From Escherichia phage RB14, in sequence record NC_012638.1: a stretch of 64,000 nucleotides of DNA; one strand, written 5' to 3'. This document shows positions 10,697 through 20,276 of the stretch, piece by piece. Every line of letters starts with the position of its first letter. Position 1 is the first letter of the stretch. Under the pieces are notes generated by a model. The model ran no database searches, was not told where the DNA came from, and worked only from the letters and a program-made list of their open reading frames with translations. A program made the translations under genes and the position numbers.

Positions 10697-11443
10697 TTAT
10701 CCTCGGATAAGTTTAAAAATTGAACAATTTAGCGGGTATCCTCTTTTCAGTTTAAGTTTATCAATAAAAGACAAGTTTTGATACCGCTCTACACCTTGAA
10801 TAATTTTATCACACATATCATATTGCATTTCTGCTTCTGACAACTTTTTCACAATTTTCCAATCCGAGCCTTTAAGAAGAACGTTCAATTTAACAACTTC
10901 AGCGCCTTCTGCTATGCGAGAACCATCAATACGAGCTTTGAGTGCTATAATCCTTAGCTTAATGTCAGAGGTCTGTTTTGATTTAGAAAGCTGAGAAATG
11001 TGTTCAATTCGGTTTTCACGTTTTTTCTGTATAGCTTTAATTTGATTATAAGTCTTTTTGATTTTAGCCCATTTCTTTTCATCTAAATTTAGTTTATGAA
11101 CTTTTTTCGCAGATGAACGACCAATTCGCAAAGCAAATAAATCCCGTTTTTCAATCAACTCCTCTAAAGTATAATCAGAACGAAATGTATTATACTTTTT
11201 CTTTACTGCAATAACATTCCCTTTAATGTATCCAACGTTATTATCAAAACGTTCTAATGATAATTTCTCTCCTTCAATACGATTATCAAAAGGTTCTCCC
11301 GAGTAAGCGCAAACTTTCTGATCTAAAATGTTCTTAATGTAATTGAAGTCTAAGTTAAAATCTTTAGAACGTCTTTTTGCAGATGCCTGAGTATGCTCTA
11401 GACGACGTTTAATTTTACGAATTTGATTATTAGACAGTTTCAT
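10697..11443 (-). CDS. srd: Srd (sigma-factor-related early protein), 248 aa
   Basis: position between dda and modA; size matches T4 Srd. Confidence 0.7.
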   Translation of the reverse strand: MKLSNNQIRKIKRRLEHTQASAKRRSKDFNLDFNYIKNILDQKVCAYSGEPFDNRIEGEKLSLERFDNNVGYIKGNVIAVKKKYNTFRSDYTLEELIEKRDLFALRIGRSSAKKVHKLNLDEKKWAKIKKTYNQIKAIQKKRENRIEHISQLSKSKQTSDIKLRIIALKARIDGSRIAEGAEVVKLNVLLKGSDWKIVKKLSEAEMQYDMCDKIIQGVERYQNLSFIDKLKLKRGYPLNCSIFKLIRG

Positions 11444-11566
11444 ATTTTTCTCACATCTTACGGACGGTTAACTACTTATACTATAACATTTTTACTTCAA
11501 ATTGTAAACAACTTTATGTAAAAATGCTTTAAAAATTTCATGGTATAATGAATCTAAGTCCTTCCA

Positions 11567-12169
11567 TTATAGATTAAATCCTTCAAAATCAAGAGTATAG
11601 ATAGTATATGTTGAATACTTTTTATACTCATATCTATCTGCAATTCTAAATACACTTCCAGCTGGTATCATTACTTCTTGTTCATCTGAAACTAATTCCA
11701 TATTACGATAACGATGGCTATCCGGAAACTTAAAGTTTGGATTGTATTCTTTACAGCGTAGAGCTTTTATAGCATACTCCTGGAAATTGAATACCATAGG
11801 AGCTTTGAATTCAAAAATAACTTGTGTGTTATACTCTAAACCGGAAGCAAAATGTAGAGCTATATTTTTATCATATGAAGCTGATACTACTTTATCAAAT
11901 GTAATAATATCAATTCCTTGATTTAACACTTGCTTAGTCTCGACTGGAACACCTCTCCAAAGAGGTTTATCGTTTGGAACCAAACGAGATTTGATTATTT
12001 CATTTAACCAAGTATGGTCATCTGGTTTGTTGGTAATACAATGAATTAAAAGTTCAATTTCAGATAAATTAAACCCTTCAGAAAGTAATTCTTCACGAAT
12101 AGAAGCACGCACCGATGCATCCATTGATTTTATTTTAAAATCTTTTAGTTGCATTACTGAGTATTTCAT
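11567..12169 (-). CDS. modA: ADP-ribosyltransferase ModA, 200 aa
   Basis: 200 aa as in T4; R / S-x-S / E-Q-E type motifs (WRG, SAS, DEQEV); adjacent paralogue. Confidence 0.75.
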   Translation of the reverse strand: MKYSVMQLKDFKIKSMDASVRASIREELLSEGFNLSEIELLIHCITNKPDDHTWLNEIIKSRLVPNDKPLWRGVPVETKQVLNQGIDIITFDKVVSASYDKNIALHFASGLEYNTQVIFEFKAPMVFNFQEYAIKALRCKEYNPNFKFPDSHRYRNMELVSDEQEVMIPAGSVFRIADRYEYKKYSTYTIYTLDFEGFNL

Positions 12170-12789
12170 TCAACTACCTCAATATCATAAACTTTAAATG
12201 TTCCAAATGAATCGTGTAATTTTTCTTTTGAAATAGAAGTTATTCTATACTTTCCAATTGGAATCATCCATTCTTGTTCACGCACAATCATCATTAAGTT
12301 ATCAGTACGCTCTGAATCTAGCCCATCAGTATCTTCATACGTGTACTTAAACTCAGTATTAGGAGAAGAAAGTATAATATCGCTGATATGGTCAGAATAA
12401 TTAAAAGCTTTATCAGTTTTTAAGCGAAATATTATTTCAGTGAAATACTCAACATAAGAAAAACCACATGCTGTGTGCAAACTAGTAGTAAATGAATCTA
12501 CCCTGTTCGTTGAAAACACTTCTCCAACCTGTAAATCTTTAATAAGTTCTTTTGTCGATTTTGATATACCACGATATAACTGATAAGGCGATTTAGTTAA
12601 ATGCTTTTTAATGATTTTATTCAATTGCCGATGAAGAGCTTCATTCTTTTTAGCTTCCATACATTGCCAAAGAACAGACTGCTCAAAATCAGTAAATTTT
12701 TCACAGACCTTTTTATACATATCATATTGAAAATCAACGCTTTCAGCTTTTATAGATAACTGTTCAACATCTGCAAGATTAATAATCAT
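12166..12789 (-). CDS. modB: ADP-ribosyltransferase ModB, 207 aa
   Basis: 207 aa as in T4; R-STN-EQE motifs (YRG, FSTN, REQEW). Confidence 0.75.
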   Translation of the reverse strand: MIINLADVEQLSIKAESVDFQYDMYKKVCEKFTDFEQSVLWQCMEAKKNEALHRQLNKIIKKHLTKSPYQLYRGISKSTKELIKDLQVGEVFSTNRVDSFTTSLHTACGFSYVEYFTEIIFRLKTDKAFNYSDHISDIILSSPNTEFKYTYEDTDGLDSERTDNLMMIVREQEWMIPIGKYRITSISKEKLHDSFGTFKVYDIEVVE

Positions 12790-12856
12790 GATAGCCTCCG
12801 TATACTTCAGAAGCTATCATATCATCGTTAGAAAGGAAAGTAAACAACTTTTTGAA

Positions 12857-13039
12857 TTATTTTGCCCAGGGAGCCCAAGGCGGAGGGTCAAGATGGTATG
12901 AAGCTAGTTCTTCTAGAAGAGCATCTGGGGCTTCAATTCCATAATTCTGTAATACTATACGGTACTCTTTCTTATAATCACTAGAATCATTCTGGTTATT
13001 CGTAGAATGATTATCTTCTAACATCTCAAATAAATCCAT
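12857..13039 (-). CDS. hypothetical small acidic protein, 60 aa
   Basis: ORF table. Confidence 0.45.
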   Translation of the reverse strand: MDLFEMLEDNHSTNNQNDSSDYKKEYRIVLQNYGIEAPDALLEELASYHLDPPPWAPWAK

Positions 13040-13047
13040 ATTAATTC

Positions 13048-13518
13048 CTAGCGATAAAAACCAAAATAACGATTAGCTTCAATAATCTTTCTTTCTTCTT
13101 CGGACATTCTCCAGCGTAGTCCAACGTCAAAATGAGCCCAGACCATCTTAACAAATGCATTTATATCTTTAATATCTTCAATAATGAATGTTTTACTTTT
13201 CGAAGGTTGACTCGCTAATTTAACTTTATCATCTTCAAACAGGTCAAAAAGACCATATTCATGAGCTCTTTTATAGCCTTTAATAGTTAAAGCTTCAGAA
13301 GAAGAAAACGGTGAATCAGTATTCTGCAAAATATCTTCAGTATGCTTTATAATTAGAATAACATTTTCTGGATATTTTCTTTCTTGTATATCTTTAATTA
13401 AAAAATCCGGATTTTCTGATAAAGGAATAATTAATGAGCATTTTTTACCAAGAGTATTTACTGATTTACCTTCTTTAGACATGAATCCTATTGAATACAG
13501 TTTTGCTACTTCAATCAT
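13048..13518 (-). CDS. hypothetical protein, 156 aa
   Basis: ORF table. Confidence 0.5.
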   Translation of the reverse strand: MIEVAKLYSIGFMSKEGKSVNTLGKKCSLIIPLSENPDFLIKDIQERKYPENVILIIKHTEDILQNTDSPFSSSEALTIKGYKRAHEYGLFDLFEDDKVKLASQPSKSKTFIIEDIKDINAFVKMVWAHFDVGLRWRMSEEERKIIEANRYFGFYR

Positions 13519-13671
13519 GTGATTTCCTTTTGCCTACTAATGGACCATCGGGAATTTTGTTTTCCTTGATATATTTCTCATTTTCTTCCATCATTTTACT
13601 ACCAATTTTAAGAAGCAAATCCAGTGCTTCATTTGCTTTAACCTTAGCTTCTTCTAACGTCATATCTTTGT

Positions 13672-13875
13672 TCATGATTTATCCCCATAGATGTCTCTCA
13701 TCAATTTAAGCGCTGAGCGTTCTAATTTCTTTTCTTTCTCAGCACTAATCATTGATTTCATCCATTCTTCCGATTCGTTCTGCATTTCTTTATTTGCTTG
13801 TTCAACCCAACCATCATCAATATACATTGAGTTTGGTCTATTGAACCATTCAAGTATTTTCTTCAGAACTTTCAT
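13672..13875 (-). CDS. hypothetical protein, 67 aa
   Basis: ORF table. Confidence 0.45.
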   Translation of the reverse strand: MKVLKKILEWFNRPNSMYIDDGWVEQANKEMQNESEEWMKSMISAEKEKKLERSALKLMRDIYGDKS

Positions 13876-14347
13876 TTGTTTTACCTAAAACGACAGTAGG
13901 AGCATCGTCAAATTCATGAATTTTTAGCAAATTTGGATGTAAACTATTCCATACAGAAGAAATAAAGTATGATAAAGCGTCTTCACTCGCAATTATAAAT
14001 TTATTTCCTTTATCTATTTTCCAACTATATAATGAATCGTACGAATAGAAAGATAAAGGTTTATCATTATATTGTTCTGCGCTAACATTAATGTATTCGG
14101 ATTTAGTAAATGCTTCAATTGCTCTAAATGGAATATTTGGCACAGTTTCAATAATACCAATCTTTTTAAGTTTTATTTCAGCATCTTCTGGAACTGGCAT
14201 TGAAACGAAATTTTCTACGAGATACATTGGGTCACAATAACCCTTATCAATCATTACGGCTACAGTAATTGGAACATCTTTAGCAAATGACATGCTATTA
14301 CTGTTAATATACATTTCAAACAAAATTGCTTCCATAATTTTCCTCAA
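13850..14347 (-). CDS. hypothetical protein, 161-165 aa
   Basis: ORF table; likely start at the Met 4 codons in. Confidence 0.5.
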   Translation of the reverse strand: MRKIMEAILFEMYINSNSMSFAKDVPITVAVMIDKGYCDPMYLVENFVSMPVPEDAEIKLKKIGIIETVPNIPFRAIEAFTKSEYINVSAEQYNDKPLSFYSYDSLYSWKIDKGNKFIIASEDALSYFISSVWNSLHPNLLKIHEFDDAPTVVLGKTNESSEENT

Positions 14348-14682
14348 TCACAAGATGTAGATGAACAACTAGAATCACAAGAACTTCCACATGAATCGCC
14401 CGTCCATGTCCATACATGAACAGGAACATTAGTATCATATGAATCAGAACTAGACTGCGCATTAGATGATGTAGTAGGTGTTGACCAGCGCCAAGGGTTT
14501 TTATAATATTCTTGGGCTTCTTCATAAGTCATAGTAACTGCTTCTACTGTTCCATCTCCCATATAAACATACTCAACTACAGTTAAAGGAAGGTAGTCAT
14601 TTGAAATAGGAACTACACCTTCTCCAGGAGTCGTAGAGAAAAAATCCGTAAAGAAACTTTTAAACCAATTAAAGATAAACAT
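14344..14682 (-). CDS. hypothetical protein with hydrophobic N-terminus and Ser/Cys-rich C-terminal tail, 112 aa
   Basis: C-terminus [17 protein letters not shown]. Confidence 0.45.
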   Translation of the reverse strand: MFIFNWFKSFFTDFFSTTPGEGVVPISNDYLPLTVVEYVYMGDGTVEAVTMTYEEAQEYYKNPWRWSTPTTSSNAQSSSDSYDTNVPVHVWTWTGDSCGSSCDSSCSSTSCD

Positions 14683-14888
14683 TACAAAAAGCCTCTCTTG
14701 AATTCGACTTGCTTCTCACCATAATCATATCGAATTTCTGCATTAAATTCGACAGAACCGTCTGCGTACATCATAAATGAATGCACAACAACTTCTGTAG
14801 ACCATGGTTGTAGTTCATATTTCTTCATTACATGTCGTGAAATGATAATATCTAAATCTTCATTCGGTTTAATCCAGCGATTTAACAT
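14682..14888 (-). CDS. hypothetical protein, 68 aa
   Basis: ORF table; downstream of an early promoter. Confidence 0.45.
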   Translation of the reverse strand: MLNRWIKPNEDLDIIISRHVMKKYELQPWSTEVVVHSFMMYADGSVEFNAEIRYDYGEKQVEFKRGFL

Positions 14889-14914
14889 AGTGCTCTCCTC
14901 TATAAGATAATTCT

Positions 14915-14944
14915 ATTATACCATACTCATTTTGGAAAGTAAAC
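14915..14944 (-). promoter_or_regulatory. early promoter of a PeSL-like cassette
   Basis: plus attata 14915-14920, gtaaac 14939-14944; immediately follows a terminator hairpin. Confidence 0.55.
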
Positions 14945-14960
14945 CGGTAAAATGAAAAAA

Positions 14961-14978
14961 GGACTCCCGAAGGAGTCC
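14961..14978 (-). terminator. rho-independent terminator after soc (UUCG hairpin plus U-run)
   Basis: ggactcc-cgaa-ggagtcc hairpin with plus-strand A-run 14955-14960. Confidence 0.65.
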
Positions 14979-14986
14979 TTGAATTA

Positions 14987-15223
14987 TTAACCACCTATTT
15001 CTGTTGGCGTAAACATTGCAGCATTCTTAGTTTTCCAGTCAGCTGCATCAGAAACTACAGTAGAATATGCCGCCTTTTCAGAAGGAAAGGTCTGATAATG
15101 AGAATCTGCAATACGATGCTCGTTAGAATAGATTTCAAACGGAACAGAAACTTCCATACCTTTAACTTCTTTGCCTTCACCCGCTGGATGAGTAAAGGTC
15201 TTGATGTTAACGAAACCACCCAT
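14987..15223 (-). CDS. soc: small outer capsid protein Soc (RB69-like variant), 78 aa
   Basis: conserved HYQTFPSEKAAYSTV core; N-terminus resembles RB69 Soc as I recall; late promoter and AAGGAG RBS upstream. Confidence 0.8.
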   Translation of the reverse strand: MGGFVNIKTFTHPAGEGKEVKGMEVSVPFEIYSNEHRIADSHYQTFPSEKAAYSTVVSDAADWKTKNAAMFTPTEIGG

Positions 15224-15254
15224 AATAAACTCCTTTATTGTTTAATTACAGGTG

Positions 15255-15262
15255 TATTTATA
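15255..15262 (-). promoter_or_regulatory. late promoter TATAAATA for soc
   Basis: plus tatttata at 15255-15262 reads TATAAATA on the minus strand, about 30 nt upstream of the soc start. Confidence 0.6.
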
Positions 15263-15431
15263 TCAGTCTTCAATGAAAACTTGTGCCAGGAATTCGTGTT
15301 CATCTTGAATTTGTTTATATAAAGCCATTACAGCATTTATATTAGAGCTATCTACTTTAAGTTGATAAGCATACCACTCGTGTAAATTAATTAAAGCTTT
15401 TGACGTCTAATAAATTCTTCTTTGGATATTT

Positions 15432-15635
15432 TCATTTTGAATGCTCTATAATTAATTTTAAGGCTTTTTCACTGACAAAAATTTCATCAGGACCTTCTTC
15501 TACAACCCAATCAACCATACGAAGCTGATTAGATAAGAGCTCGTATGTGAGCTCTTTGTCATAATTTTTAAATAGCTGGTCAATACGTTTCTTGCGGGCT
15601 TTCTTAAGCTGGCGTTTATTTAAACGAGCCATCAA
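15432..15635 (-). CDS. hypothetical basic protein, 67 aa
   Basis: ORF table. Confidence 0.45.
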   Translation of the reverse strand: MMARLNKRQLKKARKKRIDQLFKNYDKELTYELLSNQLRMVDWVVEEGPDEIFVSEKALKLIIEHSK

Positions 15636-16150
15636 TAACCTCGGTCTTGACGAGCGAAATTTTCAGCATTTTTCAGATAATAAAGTTTAAAGATTTCTTC
15701 AGCTGACATTCCAAGAGCAATGAATTTATTCATGAAAAAGTGAAATTGATCAATCAGTTCAAATTTAATTTCAAGTTGATCTTCAGGAGATAAATCTTGA
15801 ATTTTCTTGGATTGCATTTCAGAATAACGTTTCTTCCAAGGTTTCCATACAGCAGAAGCTTCTTTTTCACCATTACTCATACCGCCAAGAGAAGTATATA
15901 GCTCGCGAGTTTCGTCTGCGATATAATCGTCTTGGTTTCGCAACCAAGCAAGAACTTCTCCTGCAGTTTCAAGTGAATCAGGATGACGATTTGTTTCTGG
16001 TTTATCATTAGCCAAACGAATCTGTAAATGCCGCTGCATATCAAGCATAACCTGCAGTGGGTCAATATTGTGCATAATATTCTCAGCATATGCACGAGTT
16101 GCTTTATCAACACCTTCGATCAAATGAGCACATTCATTAAAGTGAGCCAT
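15632..16150 (-). CDS. 56: dCTP pyrophosphatase gp56, about 172 aa from internal ATG
   Basis: position between soc and 61; the 203-aa table ORF has a hydrophobic 31-aa artefactual extension, the Met at 16148-16150 gives a T4-like length. Confidence 0.7.
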   Translation of the reverse strand: MAHFNECAHLIEGVDKATRAYAENIMHNIDPLQVMLDMQRHLQIRLANDKPETNRHPDSLETAGEVLAWLRNQDDYIADETRELYTSLGGMSNGEKEASAVWKPWKKRYSEMQSKKIQDLSPEDQLEIKFELIDQFHFFMNKFIALGMSAEEIFKLYYLKNAENFARQDRGY

Positions 16151-16221
16151 TATTTTTCCTTTCAATTCATGGATTAATAGATTAATTATACAATAAATAT
16201 ATAAAGCAATAAGGAGGACAT

Positions 16222-16422
16222 ATGGTACAAAAATTAATGGCACTTGTTAATGCCATCAAAGGTAATAAAAAGCGTATAGCTTTTACTATTTCTGCTATGG
16301 TAGGAATTTTACTCTGGAACTTTATTCTATCACCTGTTGCAATTGCACATGGTATTAATATTCCAGTAGTTACTCTTGATACATTCGTAGATTTAGCATT
16401 TGCTTTAGTTGGGTTAATTTAA
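16222..16422 (+). CDS. small hydrophobic membrane protein on the plus strand, 66 aa
   Basis: AAGGAGG Shine-Dalgarno 4 nt before the ATG; fills the 268-bp gap between genes 56 and 61 without overlapping either. Confidence 0.5.
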   Translation: MVQKLMALVNAIKGNKKRIAFTISAMVGILLWNFILSPVAIAHGINIPVVTLDTFVDLAFALVGLI

Positions 16423-17447
16423 ATCTTGGCATATTTAGATAGCCGCATTTTAGCCATCAACCCCTGTGCAATATTATTTTTCATATATTCCATAATTTGT
16501 TCAGGGGTTGCACCTTCCTTTCTAATCATATCATTAACATCTTTTGATTTCCAGGGAGATTTATCCCAAAACATAACCCTTTCTCCTGCATCAACTAATT
16601 TAGTCATTCGTTTGATAGTGTCAGGATGACGAGGTTCATTATCTAAGACCCACACTCGTCTATCTTTAAATGGAACAATTTCTAGGTCTAATTGACCACC
16701 CGTAATAGCTATACCATTTTCAATAAAAAGTGAATCTATAGGTCCTTCTAGAACATATACATCACCATCTTTAACTCGTTCGACTCCATAGATTTTTGTT
16801 GCCTCAGGATAAGCTTTAATGGTGATATATTTTTGAGGAGCATTTTTCTTTAATGCACGTCCTTGAAAAGACTCAGCTTTTCCATTAGCATTATAAATTG
16901 GAATAACAAGACGAGGCTCAGATATTTCCTTTTTATATGTTCCCGGTGCTATGCTATTAACCAATTTAGGCCATTCGGTTGTAAACCAAAGATATTTCCA
17001 TTTATCCTTTGGAATACAACGAGCTTTTACATATTTTATAATTGGATGGTCTTCCGCCAGTTTATCTAATCTAACACATGACGGAAGAGATTTAATTATT
17101 TTCTTCTCAGGTTGTTTAGGAAGTTCTTTAGGTTTTTCTACTGGACGACTTTTACCTTTTTCTTTTCTTATTTCAAAGATATACTCACGATATAAATCAG
17201 GTTCAAACTCCTTTAAATATATTCCGATTGGTGCATGATAGTTACAGTTATAACAATGAATATTTCCTTCATTATTATCACCATAATACCATCCACGAGC
17301 TTTATTCTGGTCGGTTTTTGAATCTCCACAAACAGGGCATCTAAACCGCAATTTAAAAGTTGAACTATTATTTACTTGTGTGAATTTAGGTAAATGAGCT
17401 AATGCACGATACGCAAACTCATTATCAATCCAAGGTATTGATGACAT
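16419..17447 (-). CDS. 61: DNA primase gp61, 342 aa
   Basis: zinc-binding CPVCGD...CYNC motif and TOPRIM core; 342 aa as in T4. Confidence 0.9.
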   Translation of the reverse strand: MSSIPWIDNEFAYRALAHLPKFTQVNNSSTFKLRFRCPVCGDSKTDQNKARGWYYGDNNEGNIHCYNCNYHAPIGIYLKEFEPDLYREYIFEIRKEKGKSRPVEKPKELPKQPEKKIIKSLPSCVRLDKLAEDHPIIKYVKARCIPKDKWKYLWFTTEWPKLVNSIAPGTYKKEISEPRLVIPIYNANGKAESFQGRALKKNAPQKYITIKAYPEATKIYGVERVKDGDVYVLEGPIDSLFIENGIAITGGQLDLEIVPFKDRRVWVLDNEPRHPDTIKRMTKLVDAGERVMFWDKSPWKSKDVNDMIRKEGATPEQIMEYMKNNIAQGLMAKMRLSKYAKI

Positions 17448-17450
17448 TCT

Positions 17451-17615
17451 TTACTCTTCTTTTTCTTTAGATTCCTCTTTCTTCTTTTTAGGAATCTGTT
17501 CAGGGCCTTTATTTACTACAGCACCTGATGTTGTTCCAGTAGAGATATTTTCAGGATTACCACCTGAATCTCCAGCAACCATATCTTCTTTAATAAATTC
17601 TTTATATGTTTTCAT
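17451..17615 (-). CDS. small protein with capsid-targeting-like N-terminus, 54 aa (not in ORF table)
   Basis: my translation MKTYKEFIKEDMVAGDSGG...; GAGGT Shine-Dalgarno; position equals T4 61.1. Confidence 0.4.
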   Translation of the reverse strand: MKTYKEFIKEDMVAGDSGGNPENISTGTTSGAVVNKGPEQIPKKKKEESKEKEE

Positions 17616-17616
17616 A

Positions 17617-17973
17617 TTAACCTCTATTCATAAAAGCATTAAAAATTTGGTCATCAATAGACGGTGCAGTAATATTTTCTGCATCATTTAGCAAATCATT
17701 AATTTCATCAGATAGCATAACACATGTACCTTTATTTCCTGTAATTGTTACTGCGCAATTACGAACGTTTTCTTTATTAAATTTTAGGTTAATATTTTCG
17801 TAATGAAAATCCTTTAATGCTGAATATATTTTTAAAATAAAATTATCTTTTACTACAATAAACCCAACCTCACTATTAAAACGCGGTTCATGGAAACTGT
17901 AATAAACCTTTTCATCTATAAAATCGTATGAAATTTTTTCCATTTTTAAATATGAAAATTCAGAACTATACAT
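17617..17973 (-). CDS. hypothetical protein at the 61.2 position, 118 aa
   Basis: ORF table; position between primase and spackle. Confidence 0.5.
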   Translation of the reverse strand: MYSSEFSYLKMEKISYDFIDEKVYYSFHEPRFNSEVGFIVVKDNFILKIYSALKDFHYENINLKFNKENVRNCAVTITGNKGTCVMLSDEINDLLNDAENITAPSIDDQIFNAFMNRG

Positions 17974-17985
17974 ATTAACCTCTAA

Positions 17986-18279
17986 TTACTCACCTACCAC
18001 TTCAGCGATGATATTTTTATTATTAAAGTTTTTATCACAATACAGAACATAATTATACTGCATTACACCACCAGACTTAAGCTGTTTTTGCACTTCGGCT
18101 TTCATTTCAGGACGATCGCGCTCAACAATATTCATAATATCTGCTTCAATTTGGGTTTCAACTTCAGTCTGATCCGCAGTCATAGACCATTCACACAAAT
18201 CTTTATCATAACCTGCCATAGCAGGCTGAGCAGCACAAGAAGATAAAGCAAAAATTGTAGCAAAGATAATTTTTTTCAT
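17986..18279 (-). CDS. sp: Spackle periplasmic superinfection-exclusion protein, 97 aa
   Basis: signal peptide ending AQPAMA, then mature sequence matching T4 Sp (gp61.3) as I recall. Confidence 0.8.
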   Translation of the reverse strand: MKKIIFATIFALSSCAAQPAMAGYDKDLCEWSMTADQTEVETQIEADIMNIVERDRPEMKAEVQKQLKSGGVMQYNYVLYCDKNFNNKNIIAEVVGE

Positions 18280-18339
18280 GATAATCTCCTCAGTAGTTTA
18301 TGTTTATATAGTATCTCAATTTCCATCAAAAGTAAACAG

Positions 18340-18597
18340 TTATTTTAAAACTTCTGTGTAATCACATGTTACAAACTGTTTCTCTAACTTGACGATTTTA
18401 CGAAAGTATCTTTTGCATTGACGAATCTGCCGCTTCGTAGGACGTACAGCAAACTTAATAAATTCCACTCGACCAAATGGAGGGCTTTCTTCTGCTGGAA
18501 TATCTAACACCAATTCCCACGTATCTGCAATAAGTGCTTTGAATTGCGTATTTTTCCTGACGTTATACGGAGTAGGTTTAAATAAAACAATATGCAT
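18340..18597 (-). CDS. basic protein at the 61.4 position, 85 aa
   Basis: ORF table; position between sp and dmd. Confidence 0.5.
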   Translation of the reverse strand: MHIVLFKPTPYNVRKNTQFKALIADTWELVLDIPAEESPPFGRVEFIKFAVRPTKRQIRQCKRYFRKIVKLEKQFVTCDYTEVLK

Positions 18598-18598
18598 A

Positions 18599-18781
18599 TT
18601 ATCCTCGGCAATCTACTTCACATACTTTCTTGTCATCAATGAAAGCTTTAACTAGTGCTTTATTAACTTCAGCATATTGAGTAGTAGCCCATTGAACGTC
18701 ATCTTTCATCATTGTGATTTCTTTAGTAAACATGTTTTCATTCTTAAACCACCCCATAAAAACTACCTTTACCAATTCCAT
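18599..18781 (-). CDS. dmd: Dmd antitoxin (inhibitor of RnlA/LsoA), 60 aa
   Basis: 60-aa sequence MELVKVVFMGWFKNE... matches T4 Dmd as I recall. Confidence 0.85.
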   Translation of the reverse strand: MELVKVVFMGWFKNENMFTKEITMMKDDVQWATTQYAEVNKALVKAFIDDKKVCEVDCRG

Positions 18782-18839
18782 AACAATCTCCTCATTTAAC
18801 CAACAAGACTACTATACCATAGTCTTGTCAGCTTGTAAA

Positions 18840-20267
18840 CTAAAATTTTAATTCATTCGCCAAAGCATCTAACTGAGCTCGAGTGGATTCATTTCTTTGA
18901 TAACGATTCTGCTCAGCCTGAATCTGTTGTGAACCTGCTACTTCGTTCACTTCAGTTGGAGTAGAATCTTGTTCAATTTCTACCCATTTCTGATTTCCTT
19001 TTTGAACACCCATCAAAAACTTATTCCATTTATTCTTATCGCCATATCGTGATTTGATTTGCTTAATGAGTTGTTGTTCAGCGGCTGCTAACTCCTCGGT
19101 TTCAATGACCGCAAGCATAAAATCAGCTGTTGCTGGAAGACCGGCAGATTCTGCAATATCGCTCATGTTAACATCAGAAGAATCCCAAGCTTGTTTACCA
19201 ACCTGTGCTGCAGTCCAAAGAACAGTTTCGGTTTCAACAGCAAGAGCACGTAATTCCTCAGCAATGGCTTTAACAGTTGTGTAACTATTTTCTGAGTAAA
19301 CTCTAATGCGGCAAGATTTACAAATACCCAGATAGTCGACAATAATGATTGTTGGAACAAAATTCTTTTTGAGCTTCAATTCATTCAAGAGAGACCTGAA
19401 TGTGTTAGCATCTGCCCCACCAGTAGGATACTGTTTAACGATTAAACGACCGAGAGTAGATTTCTCACGCCATTTTTCCATTTTTCCTTTATACTCAGCG
19501 TAAGAAATATGCCCATCATCAATGTCATCAAGAGAAACATCAAGCATATTAGCATCAATACGTTTAGCACAGACTTCTTCTGCCATTTCCATGGAAATGT
19601 AAAGAACATTGTGTCCGAGCTGCAAATAATCTGCTGCCAATGAACACAATCCTAATGACTTACCGACGTTAACGCCAGCCATTAAAACGTTCAGTGTTCC
19701 AGTCTCAGCTCCGCCTTTAGTAATTTTGTTTAGAATTCTGAGTTTAAATGGAACCTTACGAGCTTTATTCATATAAGATAGCCAACGTGCTTCGTAGTCA
19801 TCCATCCAATCATGACCAACGTAGCTATCAAATGAAATAGATAATGCCTGGCGCATGATGTCAGGAATAGCACCAACATCCGGCATTTTCTTATTTCGTT
19901 TTTCCGGAGGAAGCTCAGCATTAGTTTGAATTTCGATTATTTTAGACGTAGCATTAAACATCGCCCTTTGCTGAACATATTTTTCTGTTTCTTTTATTAA
20001 CCAACTGTGGTCTTCCGGAGAATCAGCCAGTTTTGAAATAAGTGTTTTTACACCAGAATATTCTGTTTCAGTAAATGAACTATTTTCTAATGCAACATTT
20101 AACGCATTAATAGATGGAACGCTATGATACTCGTTGACATGAGATTTAATTAATTTGAATGTATTTTTAGCTGGACCACTTTCAAAATATTCTGAATCCA
20201 TATATGGCCAAACTTTTGAAAAATAAGCTTGATCAAATATGAGATGAGAAAGAATAATTTCTACCAC
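18840..20267 (-). CDS. 41: replicative DNA helicase gp41, 475 aa
   Basis: DnaB-family Walker A GVNVGKS; 475 aa as in T4. Confidence 0.95.
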   Translation of the reverse strand: MVEIILSHLIFDQAYFSKVWPYMDSEYFESGPAKNTFKLIKSHVNEYHSVPSINALNVALENSSFTETEYSGVKTLISKLADSPEDHSWLIKETEKYVQQRAMFNATSKIIEIQTNAELPPEKRNKKMPDVGAIPDIMRQALSISFDSYVGHDWMDDYEARWLSYMNKARKVPFKLRILNKITKGGAETGTLNVLMAGVNVGKSLGLCSLAADYLQLGHNVLYISMEMAEEVCAKRIDANMLDVSLDDIDDGHISYAEYKGKMEKWREKSTLGRLIVKQYPTGGADANTFRSLLNELKLKKNFVPTIIIVDYLGICKSCRIRVYSENSYTTVKAIAEELRALAVETETVLWTAAQVGKQAWDSSDVNMSDIAESAGLPATADFMLAVIETEELAAAEQQLIKQIKSRYGDKNKWNKFLMGVQKGNQKWVEIEQDSTPTEVNEVAGSQQIQAEQNRYQRNESTRAQLDALANELKF

Positions 20268-20276
20268 ACTTACTCC

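Noticed and set aside
11522-11558. Plus-strand MotA-box-like motif (TGCTTTA) with a TATAAT 12 nt downstream
   Set aside because: Spacing is off the middle-promoter consensus and there is no plus-strand gene downstream; the region is better explained as the minus-strand early promoter for srd
14316-14525. 69-aa His-rich minus-strand ORF
   Set aside because: Alternative frame inside the 14344..14682 gene; low-complexity artefact of the repetitive Ser/Cys-coding DNA
15632-16243. 203-aa version of the dCTPase ORF with a hydrophobic N-terminal extension; similar extensions at 23865..24443 and 49076..49663
   Set aside because: Longest-ORF artefacts: the extra codons read through promoter/leader cassettes, and internal ATGs with Shine-Dalgarno sequences give T4-like lengths
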